From: Amoebophrya sp. A120
Taxonomy: Eukaryota > Protista > Dinoflagellata
Length of the DNA stretch: 64,000 nt
Direction of reading: 5' to 3'
Assembly (NCBI GenBank): GCA_905178155.1
Contig: CAJINV010000013.1
Coordinates: 1,802,281 to 1,866,280 of the forward strand
A model generated the notes under the pieces. The model made no database searches, had not been told where the DNA came from, and saw nothing but the letters and a program-made list of their open reading frames with translations. Both the position numbers and the translations under genes were made by a program. Positions 1 through 12,000 of this stretch are shown here, piece by piece. Numbering within the stretch: position 1 is the first letter of the stretch; the number at the start of each line of letters is the position of its first letter.

Positions 1-2
1 CG

Positions 3-3000
3 ATGACCAGACTCGGGTCCTGCCTGTCCGTGCTGGATTGGGTGCACCTGGGCTCGTCCTTCAGCGTCCGCTCGTTCGCCCGAGTCGGGAGCAGCTTGTC
101 CGTATTCGGCTGCGTGTTGATGTCGAGCTCCTTGTCGCTGCTCGACTGCGCACACTTGGGCTCGACGTTCTCCGTCCGGAACTTCGCGCGGTTCGGGTCG
201 ACCTTGTCGACTTACGGTGTAGGCAGGCTCGGATCCAGCATGTCATTGCTGGATTTGCTGCATCTCGGATCTTCCGTTTCGGTGCGGGCTGCGTCCCGAT
301 TGGGCTCCAGCTGCAGCGTGTATGGCATCAGCCTGTTCGGCAGCAGCGTGAGCTTGCTGGACTTCATGTCCATGGGCTCCGCGCTGTCCCTGCGGTCGTT
401 CGCGAGGCTCGGATCCAGTCTGTCGGTGTTCGGCGTGACCAAGATGGGTTCGCTGCTGTCCTGCCTGGACTTCGTCACCTTCGGCAGTTCCTGCTCGATC
501 CGCATGTTCAGCCGACTGGGAAGTTCCGCTTCAGTTTACGGCCTTGCAAGACTGGGCTCGGCGTTGTCGCTGCTCGACACGGTCTCGATCGGCAGCTCCT
601 TGTCCGTCCGCACCTTCGCCCGGATGGGGTCCGCTGCCAGCGTGTACGGAATGGTCCGGTTCGGAAGTTCAATGTCTTTGCTGGACTGCTTCTGCATCGG
701 ATCCACCATGTCCATGCGCAGCTACGCGCGCCTGGGGTCTTCGCTTTCCGTGTACGGAATCAGTAGACTCGGGTCCTGCGTTTCCATTCTGGACTACGTG
801 AACATCGGGTCCGCTTTTTCGATCCGCGCGTTCAGCCGGTTCGGCTCCAGCTTCAGCCTGTTCGGCATTGGCAGACTCGGATCCTCCATGTCTGTGCTGG
901 ACATGCTGTCGCTCGGCAGTTCCATGTCCACCCGCGGTTTCGCGAGATTAGGGTCCAGCCTCTCCGTCTACGGACAAGTCAGGTGCGGATCGGCGTTGAG
1001 CGTCTTGGACATGACTTACTTGCGTTCGTCCTTGTCCTTGCGTTCTCTCGCGCGGTTCGGCTCCAGCTGCAGTCTCTTCGGCGTCTGCAGAATCGGGTCC
1101 TGCCTGTCCATGCTCGACCAGGTGACTTTTGGTTCCAGCTTGAGTCTCCGCAGCATCGGCCGCATGGGAAGCAGCGTTTCCGTGTACGGAATCTCGCGGT
1201 TCGGATCCAGTTGCAGCATTCTTGACGCGGTCAGCCTCGGCTCCGCGCTCAGCTGCCGGTCATTCGCGCGCTGCGGCTCGAGTTTGTCCGTCTTCGGGAT
1301 GGTCAGGTTCGGAAGTAGTTTGAGCGTGCTCGACACCATCAGCTTCAGCAGCGCGTTCAGCATGCGAGGGTTTGCACGACTGGGATCTTCTTTGTCCGTG
1401 TTCGGCTGCGCGAGAATCGGCTCTTCTCTCTCCGGCTTGGACTGTGTCTCCCTCGGCAGCTCGCTGTCGATCCGCAGCTTCTCGCGGTTGGGTAGCAGCT
1501 TCTCCGTGTACGGTGTGGCGAAGGTCGGGTCGTGCCTGTCGTTGCTTGACGGTGCGTCGATCGGCTCGAGCTTCTCCATCCGGTCGTTCGCAAGACTCGG
1601 AAGCAGCTTGTCGATCTTCGGATTGGTGAACATGGCGAGCTCGCTGTCTTTGCTGGATCTCGCTTCCCTCGGTAGCTCGATCTCCTGCCGCAGTATCGCG
1701 CGGTTCGGATCCGGCCTTTCGCTGTACGGCACGACCAGATTGGGGTCCGCGATCTCGCTGGTTGACTTCGCGAACCTGGGCAGCTCCTTCTCCTGCCGCT
1801 CGTTCGCGCGGTTCGGAAGCACGATTTCGGTGTACGGCACGGTCAGACTCGGGTCGGCTTTGTCCGTTCTCGACTACGTGCTGTGCGGTTCCAGTTTCAG
1901 CGTCCGGTCCTTCAGCCGCTTGGGATCCTCTCTTTCCGTCTTCGGCTGCGGCAGACTTGGAAGCTCCTTGTCCCTGCTCGACATGTTGACGCTCGGTTCC
2001 GGGGTCTCTCTCCGCAACTTCGCGCGCATGGGAAGTTCTTTGTCCGTGTTCGGGCTGTTCCAGTGCGGATCTAGCGTTTCGCTGCTGGACTTCCTGCAGG
2101 TCGGCTCGTCCCTCTCCGTTCGCGCGTTCCTGCGCATGGGCAGCACGCTGTCCGTGTACGGAATGAGCCGGCTGGGGTCACGGATGTCGATCCTGGATGG
2201 GTGCATGATCGGGTCCAGCTTCTCGATCCGAACCTTATCCCGACTCGGGTCCGCGATGTCTGTGTACGGAATCGGCCGGATTGGCTCCAGCCTCTCCGTG
2301 CTCGACTGCAGCATGATTGGCAGCAACGTTTCGACACGCAGCTTCGCGCGGTTCGGATCCAGTTTAAGTGTGTACGGATTGTCCCGGTTCGGATCCTCGA
2401 TGTCGATCTTGGACAACCTGAACCTCGGCTCCTCCGTCTCCATGCGGAATATGTGTCGACTGGGCTCGGCGTTCTCGGTGTACGGCAACGTACGCATGGG
2501 TTCCCTGCTCTCGATCCTGGACTACGGGCACATGGGATCGTCCGTTTCCGTGCGCGGTTTCTGCCGCCTCGGATCGTCGCTGTCGATCTTCGGCGTGGCG
2601 CGAATGGGAAGCAGCTTGTCGATTTTGGATCAGGTGAAGATCGGCAGCATGCTCTCCTGCAGAAGCTACAGCCGGTTCGGCAGCAGTCTGTCCTGCTACG
2701 GCATGATGCGACTCGGGTCCGGTGTCTCCATGCTGGACATGCTGCACCTCGGGTCCAGCTTCTCGATTCGGTCCCTCGGCCGCCTCGGCTCCAGCTTCAG
2801 TGTGTACGGTACGCTCCGCTTCGGGTCCGCGCTGTCCATGCTGGACTGCGTGAACCTCGGATCCAGCTTGTCCGTCCGCAGCCTGGCGCGGCTGGGGTCT
2901 AGTTTGTCGACGTTCGGAATTGCGCGATTGGGCTCGGCTCTGTCGGTGTTGGATTTCATCACCTTCGGTTCCACCCTCAGCTGCCGCTCGATGGGCCGAC

Positions 3001-6000
3001 TCGGCTCTGCGTGCAGCGTCTTTGGCATGAACCGCCTCGGATCTTCCGTCTCGATTCTCGACACGTTGCAACTCGGATCTTCCCTGTCGGTGCGTTCCTG
3101 CGCTCGCTTGGGCAGCTCCTTGTCCCTGTTCGGGTATTTACAGCTGGGCAGCAGCATCTCCGTGCTGGACTTCTTCACGTGCGGATCTGCCTTGTCGCTG
3201 CGGTCCTTCGGCCGCATGGGCTCCGCTTTGTCCCTCTACGGAACGGTCAGACTCGGCAGCAGCTTGTCCGTGCTGGACTACGCGTGCGTCGGCTCGAGCT
3301 TCTCCGTTCGGTCCTTTAGCCGGTTCGGGTCCAGCCTGAGCTCGTTCGGCATGACGGTTCTCGGGAGCAGCCTGTCCGTCCTGGACATGTTCTCCCTCGG
3401 TTCGACCCTGAGCTTGCGGTCGTTCGGACGCCTGGGATCCAGTTTGTCGACGTTCGGATTCTCCGCGCTCGGCAGTTCGGTCTCGGTGCTCGACTTTTTG
3501 TCGCTGGGCAGCGTCATGAGCGTGCGCTCCATGGCGCGCTTTGGATCGTCGCTCTCGTGCTACGGGTCCATCCGACTGGGATCGTCGTTGTCCATCCTGG
3601 ACTCGGCCTCGTTGGGAAGCTCGATCTCGATCCGGTCGTTCGCGCGCCTTGGATCCAGTTTGAGCACGTTTGGCTTCGTCCACCTCGGATCCGCGATCTC
3701 CGTCCTGGACTTCAACACGTTCGGATCGACGCTGTCGCTCCGCAGCATGGCCAGACTGGGGTCCACCCTGTCCGTGTTCGGCTTCGTCGCGATGGGCAGC
3801 AGCATGTCGATCCTGGACTGCATGATGATGGGCAGCAGTTGCAGCTTCCGCAGCATGGGCCGACTGGGCTCCACTATCAGTTTGTTCGGCTGCGCCAGAC
3901 TGGGCTCCGCGGCGTCCTGCCTGGACTTCATCAGCTTCGGCTCGACGTTGTCGGTGAGATCGTTCTCCCGGTTTGGATCGTCTATGTCTGTGTTCGGGGT
4001 GACCCGGTTGGGCTCCTCTCTGTCCATCCTCGACCTCTGTTCGCTCGGCAGTTCGTTCTCCGTGCGCAGCATGGCGCGGTTCGGCAGCAGTCTGTCCGTG
4101 TACGGGTTCGCCACTCTCGGGTCCGCGATGTCGATCCTCGACGCGGTCAGCCTCGGGTCCGCCATGTCGATCCGCTCCTGCGCGCGGCTGGGATCCAGCA
4201 TGAGTGTCTTCGGGTTCGCGAGACTCGGCTCCACCATGTCGGTTTTGGACACCATTAGCCTAGGGTCTGCCGTCTCGTGCCGCTCGTTCGCGCGACTCGG
4301 GTCGACTTTGTCCGTCTTCGGAATGTCGCGGTGCGGCAGCAGCATGAGCGTGTTGGATTACGTGCTGGTCGGCTCCACGCTGTCCTGCCGGTCCTTCATG
4401 CGGTTCGGATCGTCCCTGTCCGTCTTCGGCTTCAGCACGCTCGGAAGCAGTTTGTCCGTGCTGGACATGCTGTCGCTCGGGTCCAGCTGCAGTCTCCGGG
4501 GGTACTCCAGACTCGGAAGTTCGATGTCGCTGTTTGGCATTGCGCTTCTCGGATCGACGATCTCCTGCCTGGACGTCGCGCACATCGGGTCGGCGTTGAG
4601 CTTGCGGTCGTTCGCGCGACTCGGCTCCTCGCTTTCCGTGTTCGGCTTCACGCAGATTGGCTCGAGCATTTCCATCCTGGACTTCATCAGCTTCGGCTCG
4701 GCGATCAGCATCCGGTCGTTCGCGCGCCTCGGCAGCACGGTGTCCATGTTCGGCTGCGCCAGACTCGGGTCCGCGATCAGTGTGCTGGACTCTGTGCACT
4801 TGGGAAGCAGTCTGTCCCTGCGCAGCTTGGCTCGGTTCGGCTCGACGTTGTCCCTGTACGGCTTCGGCACGTGCGGCAGCAGCATGTCGATCTTGGACAC
4901 GCTGCAGCTCGGATCGACGTTGTCCGTCCGCAGCATCGCGCGGTTTGGCTCGGCGCTGTCGGTGTTCGGTTTGACGAAGCTCGGCTCTGGATTCAGCATT
5001 CTGGACTACATCACGTTCGGGTCCGCGATCTCCATGCGCAGCATGGCAAGGCTCGGCTCCACAACCTCCATGTTCGGGCTGTGCCGCCTCGGATCCGCCA
5101 TGTCGATCGTCGATTGCCTGAATTTAGGCAGTGCGATGTCCGTGCGGTCGTTCGCGCGATTCGGCAGCTCTTTATCCGTGTTCGGCCTGGCCCGACTCGG
5201 CTCCCGCTGCAGTCTGTTCGACATGATGTGCGTGGGCAGCTCGCTGTCCTGCCGCATGTTCGCGCGGTTCGGAAGCTCGCTCTCGACGTACGGGCTTGCG
5301 CGACTGGGCTCTAACATGTCGATTCTCGACTTCGTGAACATCGGGTCCTCCTTGTCCGTCCGCTCCTACATGCGCATGGGAAGTTCTTTATCTCTGTTCG
5401 GCATGACTCGGCTCGGGTCCTCACTGTCCATCCTGGATTTCGTGATGACGGGATCCTCGATTTCCATCCGCAGCTACGCGCGCATGGGATCCACCATGTC
5501 GGTGTACGGAGTGCTGGGACTCGCTTCCGCGATTTCCGTCCTGGACTTCCTGCACCTCGGGTCCAGCATGTCCGTCCGCTCCTACGCCCGACTCGGCTCC
5601 AGCGCTTCCCTCTTCGGGATCGCGAGACTCGGGTCCGCCTGCAGTGTGTTGGACATGATCAGCATGGGCTCCGCGCTGTCGGTTCGCTCGTTCGTGCGAC
5701 TCGGGTCCTCCCTGTCCGTGTTCGGCGTGGCTAGGTTGGGAAGCTCCTTGTCCGTGCTCGACTACGTGCAACTCTCCTCTGCCGTGTCCGTGCGCAGCTA
5801 CGCCCGGCTCGGGTCTAGCCTGAGTCTGTTCGGCTGCAGCAGACTGGGATCCAGTTTGTCGCTGGTCGACATGGTGTCGCTCGGATCCAGTCTCTCCGTC
5901 CGAACGTACGCGCGGTTTGGTAGCAGTATGTCGGTGTACGGCACGATCAGGATGGCGAGCGGATTGTCCCTGTTAGACACGATTCAGCTCGGCTCGTCGA

Positions 6001-9000
6001 TCTCCATTCGGAACTTCGCACGATTGGGTTCGAGTTTATCCGTGTTTGGCTGTTGCAGACTCGCATCCTGCTTGTCCATCCTCGACTGCGCGACGCTGGG
6101 GTCTGGCCTGTCCGTGCGGGCCTGGACGAGGTTCGGCTCCTCGATGAGTGTGTACGGCATGCTGCGGTTTAGCTCGCAGATGTCCGTGCTGGACATGCTC
6201 ACGATCGGCTCCTCCTTCTCCGTCCGCAACTTTGTCCGACTGGCGTCTGGGTTGTCCGTGATGGGGAGAACCCGACTCGGCTCGAACTTGTCGGTGTTGG
6301 ACCAGATCACGGTGGGATCGGCCTTGTCCGTGCGCGGCTTCGCCCGGTTCGGCAGCTCTTGCTCCCTGTACGGGTGCGCCAGACTCGGCAGCACGATCTC
6401 CATCTTGGACTTCGTCACGGTCGGGTCGTCGATGTCGCTGCGGCACTTCGCGAGACTGGGATCGTCCTTCTCCGTCTACGGCGTGGCACAACTCGGCAGC
6501 TGCCTGTCGTTGCTGGATAACATCCAGCTCGGCTCCTCGTGCAGCGTCCGCTCGTTTGCGCGGTTCGGGTCCACCTGCAGTGTGTACGGCGTGAGCAGAC
6601 TCGGCTCTCTGCTGTCCGTGCTCGACATTGCGCACATCGGCAGCTCCATCAGCGTCCGCGGCATGGCCCGGCTCGGCAGCTCGCTGTCCGTGTTCGGCCT
6701 GTGCCGGCTCGGATCCGCGTTGTCCATGCTGGACGGCTGTCAGCTCGGCTCCGCGCTGTCGGTCCGCAGCATGGCGCGGTACGGAAGCAGTTTGAGTGTC
6801 TACGGGTGTGTCAGACTCGGGAGCTCTATGTCCGTGTTGGATGTCACTGATTTGGGATCCACGTTGTCGCTGCGGTCCTTCGCACGACTGGGATCCAGCA
6901 CGTCGATCTTCGGCATGTGCCGCATGGGAAGCCGTTTGTCCATCCTGGACACGCTCATGCTCGGTTCGACCTACAGCCTCCGCGGCTTCTGCCGGATGGG
7001 CAGCAGTCTGTCGATCTTCGGCATGGCCAGATTGGGCTCCGCGCTCTCGATCCTCGATTTCGTCAGCATGGGCTCGTCGATCTCCGTGCGGTCGTTCGCG
7101 CGACTCGGATCCAGCTTGTCCGTCTGCGGCATCATGAAGATGGGATCCTCCTTGTCCGTCTTAGATGTGATTCAGCTTGGCTCCGCCATGTCCGTCCGCA
7201 GCTTCGCGCGCCTCGGGTCGAGTTTGAGTCTCTTCGGAATCAGCACGCTGGGCTCCGCGATGTCGGTGCTGGACTTCTTGACGCTCGGATCGTCCGCGTC
7301 GCTCCGCTCCTTCGTGCGCATGGGATCTTCCTTCAGCGTGTACGGAACGGTCCGGTTCGGTTCCGCACTGTCTTTATTGGACTTCACGCACTTTGGCTCT
7401 AGCACCTCGGTGCGCGGATTCTGCCGACTGGGGAGCTCCCTGTCCGTCTTCGGACTGGCGCGGATCGGATCCTCCTTGTCGATCCTGGACAACTGCCAGA
7501 TCGGGTCCAACATCTCGATTCGCGGGTTCTCCCGGCTGGGAAGCAGCTACAGCGTCTACGGCATGACAACTTTGGGGTCCAGTTTATCTGTCCTCGACTG
7601 CGTGCATCTAGGATCTGCTCTCTCAGTCCGCCACTACGCCCGTTTAGGTTCGTGCCTGTCCGTGATGAGCCGCAACTTGCTCGGATCCAGCTTCTCCGTG
7701 CTCGACACGCTGCAGATGGGATCCAGCTTCTCGGTCCGCTCGTTCGCGCGCCTGGGAAGTTCCCTCTCCGTGTTCGGCGTGACGCGCCTGGGCTCGACGT
7801 TGTCCGTGCTCGACCGCATGTCCATCGGCACCAGCCTGTCGATCCGCGGGTTCGTTAGGCTCGGCAGCGCTATGTCGATCATCGCCGCGGCGCGGTTCAG
7901 CAGTTGCATGAGTGTCAAGGACTACGTCCATCTCGGTTCGAGTTTGTCGGTGCGCTCCTTCACGCGGCTCGGCTCCGCCTTCAGTCTGTACGGGCTGTCG
8001 AAGGTCGGATCCAACATGTCGCTGCTGGACTTCATGCACATCGGTAGCGCGATCTCGGTCCGGTCTCACGCGCGGTTTGGAAGCGCACAGTCGATCTACG
8101 GCTTCGCCCGACTCGGCTCCACGATCTCCGTTCTGGACTTCGTGTCCGTCGGATCTGCGGTGTCGCTGCGCTCCTTCGCGCGACTCGGATCTGCGCTTAG
8201 CGTCTACGGAACTTCCAGGTTGGGCTCAACCTTGTCGGTTCTGGACTTCGTCGCGATCGGTTCCAGCTTCAGCCTGCGCGGCTTCAGCCGCATGGGATCC
8301 TCTTTCAGCATCTTCAGCCGCGCGGCCGCCGGTTCGGTGTCCGTCCTGGACTTCTTCGAGCTGGGCAGCACGATGAGCATCCGGTCGACGACTTGCTGCG
8401 GCAGCATGCTGTCTCTGTTCAGCCAGGTGCGGTTCGGATCGACGTTGTCCGTTTGCCAGGCCATGTTCATGGGATCCGCCTTGTCCTGCCGTGGCGCGAG
8501 CAGACTTGGTTCCAACTTCAGCATCTTCAGCTACACAAACCTCGGCAGCAACCTGTCCGTGCTGAACTTTGCGATCGCGGGATCGACCTTGTCCCTCCGT
8601 GCGTTCGGGCGGTGCGGGAGTAATTTTTCCGTGATCAACCAGGTCACGTTCGGGTCCAGCTTGTCTGTCCTGGACTACGCCTGCCTCGGCAGCTGCGTGT
8701 CCATGCGGTCGATGGCTCGGTTGGGCAGCAGCTTCTCGATTTACGGCATGTTTCGCGCGGCGAGCAACTTCTCGGTGTTGCAGTTCGTGCAACTCGGATC
8801 GGCGTTGTCGATTCGGTCCTACAGCCGGCTCGGATCGACGCTCTCCGTCGCGGGCTACGTGAAGTTTGGCTCGACGGTTTCTTCCCAGGAGCAGACGAAC
8901 CTGACGTTGCTGTCCGTCCGCAGCTGGGTCCGCCTCGGCTCCGGCATGTCGATCTACGACTGCGTGCGATACGGTTCCAGCCTGTCGATCCTGAACTACA

Positions 9001-12000
9001 TGACGTGCGGGTCTAGTTTGTCGCTGCGCTGCTACGCTCGCGTTGGCTCGTCCGTCTCCATCTACGGCAAGTTCCGCATGGGCTCCATGATGAGCACGTT
9101 CGACACGATTTTGGCCGGCTCGTCCCTCTCCCTGCGCGGCTTCCAGCGGTACGGATCCGCTGTGAGCATCTTCAGCCAGGTGCGGATGGGAAGCAGCATG
9201 TCGATTTTGAACCACTTGGAACTCGGATCCAGTCTGTCCCTCCGCGCCCGCGCGCGGCTCGGCTCCGGCTGCAGCCTGTTCGGAAAGGTCCGGATGCGCG
9301 ACACCATGTCGATCCTGGACTTCTTCGCGGCGGGATCTTCGCTCTCGATCCGCGCGTCGACCCGAGTGGGATCGAGTCTGTCCCTGTTCAGCCAGGTCCG
9401 GCTCGGCTCCACCATGTCGCTGCTGGACCGGGTGCACATGGGATCCAGCTTGTCCATCCGCGGCGTGACGCGACTGGGCAGCGGATTCAGTATCTTCTCC
9501 GCGCAAAGACTCGCCTCGAGTATGTCGGTGTTGGACTCCGCGTACTTGGGCTCCACGTTATCCTTGCGTGGTATTTCGCGGTTCGGCTCGAATTTCTCGA
9601 TCTACAACCGCGTCGCTCTGGGCTCGAGCTTCTCTGCTCTGTCCCAAAGTCATCTAGGTAGTTCGTTGTCGATCCGCAGCTATGCCCGGTTCGGCTCGGC
9701 AATGTCTATCTTCGGACTCGCATCTGGTGGCAGTTGCTTGTCCGTGCTGGACTCGGCGAGTTTGGGGTCCGCGATCTCCCTGCGGTCCTTCTCGCGCATG
9801 GGTTCCAGCTTCTCCGTGTACGGCATGCAGCGGTTGGGCAGCAGTTTGTCTTGCCTGGACACGATCCTGCTCGGCAGCGCCTTGTCCGTCCGCGGCGCCA
9901 TCCGGCTGGGAAGCTCCATGTCGATCTTCAGTCAGATGAGGTTCGGATCCGGGCTCTCCTGCTTGGACTTCACGAACTTCGGCTCGGTTCTGTCCCTTCG
10001 CGCGACATTGCGCATGGGATCGGCGATGAGCATCTACGGAAAGATCCAGGCCGGGTCCAGTTTGTCCATTTTGGACACCACCTTGCTCGGGTCCAGCTGC
10101 AGTCTCCGGGCTTACGCTCGACTCGGGTCCGTCCTGTCGATCTACAACAGGGCTAAAGTCTCCGGCGCGTTCTCGGTGCTGAACTTCACGAACTTCGGGT
10201 CGACGCTGTCCCTGCGTTCCTACAGTTCGCTGGGCAGCAGTCTCTCCGTGTTCTGTAACATTCAGGGTGGCGCGGCGCTCTCCCTGCTCGCGAACGGGTC
10301 CTTCGGTTCGTCCGCCTCCCTGCGTGCGTTCGCGCGACTGGGCAGCAACGTGTCCGTCTTGGACTCCATCATGTTCGGAAGCAGCGTGTCCATGCGGAAC
10401 TTCTTCCGCGTCGGGTCCGCGATGAGCATCTTCAGCAAGCTGGGTTGCGGCTCGAATTTCAGCATCCTGGACAGCACGCACTTGGGTTCGAACCTGTCTC
10501 TCCGCGGCTACGCACGACTCGGATCTTCCTTCTCGGCGTTCACCTGCACGAGATTCGGCTCCAGCTGCTCGATCCTGGATTGCCTGGGCTTGGGATCCAC
10601 GTTCTCCATGCGCTGCACCGGGCGACTCGGTTCCTCGGCCTCCGTGTTCTCCGCTGTGAGACTTGGCTCGACGCTGTCCTGCTTGGACCAGACCATGATC
10701 GGATCCGGATTGTCGATTCGTGCGTTCCTGCGCCTCGGCTCCGCCTACTCCGTGTTCTCGCGAGTCCGCGGTGGCAGCAGTCTGTCTTTGCTGGACTGCG
10801 CGTTCTTCGGTAGTTCGCTCTCCATGCGCGCGCAGAACCGGCTCGGGTCCACGTTCTCCGTGTTCGGACAGGTCCGCGCGGGCTCTTGTTTGTCCATTCT
10901 GGATTACATGAGCCTCGCTTCGACGTTATCTCTCCGCGCGGCCGTCCGCGTTGGCTCCGGCGTGTCCATCTTCGGCTGCTCCAACATGGGATCGCGGTTC
11001 TCCGTGCTGGACTCCGTCGCGTTCGGAAGCAGCATGTCGCTGCGTTCGCACATGCGCGTCGGGTCTGGGCTGTCCGTGTTCGGCGCGATCCGAACGGCTT
11101 CCAGCCTGTCCGCGCTCGGCTACGGCATCTTCGGGTCGTCGTTGTCCATCCGCAACTACATGCGGGTCGGATCCGCCATGAGCTTGTTCAGCCAGGCCAG
11201 GATGGGCAGCTCCCTCTCCGTGCTGGACAAGATCGCGTTCGGGTCGAGTTTGTCGCTCCGACAGCTCGCAAGGTTCGGAAGTTCCCTTTCCGTGGTTGAA
11301 ACCGCACGGTTCGGATCGTCTCTGTCCGTCCTCGACTACTTCAGCATCGGGTCTTCGTTCTCGATGCGTGCGGCCGGCCGGTTCGGCTCCACTATGTCGG
11401 TGTTCGGCGTGGCGCGCGCCGGGGAGGCGGCTTCGCTACTGGACTTCTTCGCGATCGGGTCGACGCTCTCCTTGCGTTCGTACTGCCGCGTGGGTAGCGG
11501 GTTGTCGATCACCGGGTCGACGGACATGGGTGACAAGTTGTCCGTGCTCGACGCGATCAGCTTCGGGTCCTCCATGTCGCTGCGGTCCACCTTCCGGTGC
11601 GGCAGCAGCGCGAGCTTGCTGGACTTCGTCACGCTCGGGTCCGCGTTGTCCCTGCGTGGCGCGATCCGGTGCGGTAGCAGTCTGTCCATCCACAAAGGGA
11701 TTCGTATGGGTGCGTACATGAGTGTGATGGACGAAGCCTGCCTGGCTTCCGCCGTGTCCCTTCGTGGCTTCGCGCGGTTCGGCAGCAGCATCTCGATCTT
11801 CGACATGTTCGCGGCCGGCAGCTCCCTGTCGCTCCGCACGTACGGCCGGGTCGGCTCCGCGGTGTCCGCGTTCGGCTGCGTGCGGTGCGGCAGCACGATG
11901 AGTGTGTTGGACGCCACGGCATTCGGGTCCAGTCTCTCTTGTCGTACCTACGTGCGGCTCGGGTCCTCCATGAGCGTGATGTGCGGCGCCAGACTCGGAT

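Noticed and set aside
3-5. ATG at nt 3 as the start codon
   Set aside because: It sits at position 10 of a spacer unit (MTR, compare FGMTR at ~5400) with the repeat already in register; the gene very likely starts upstream.
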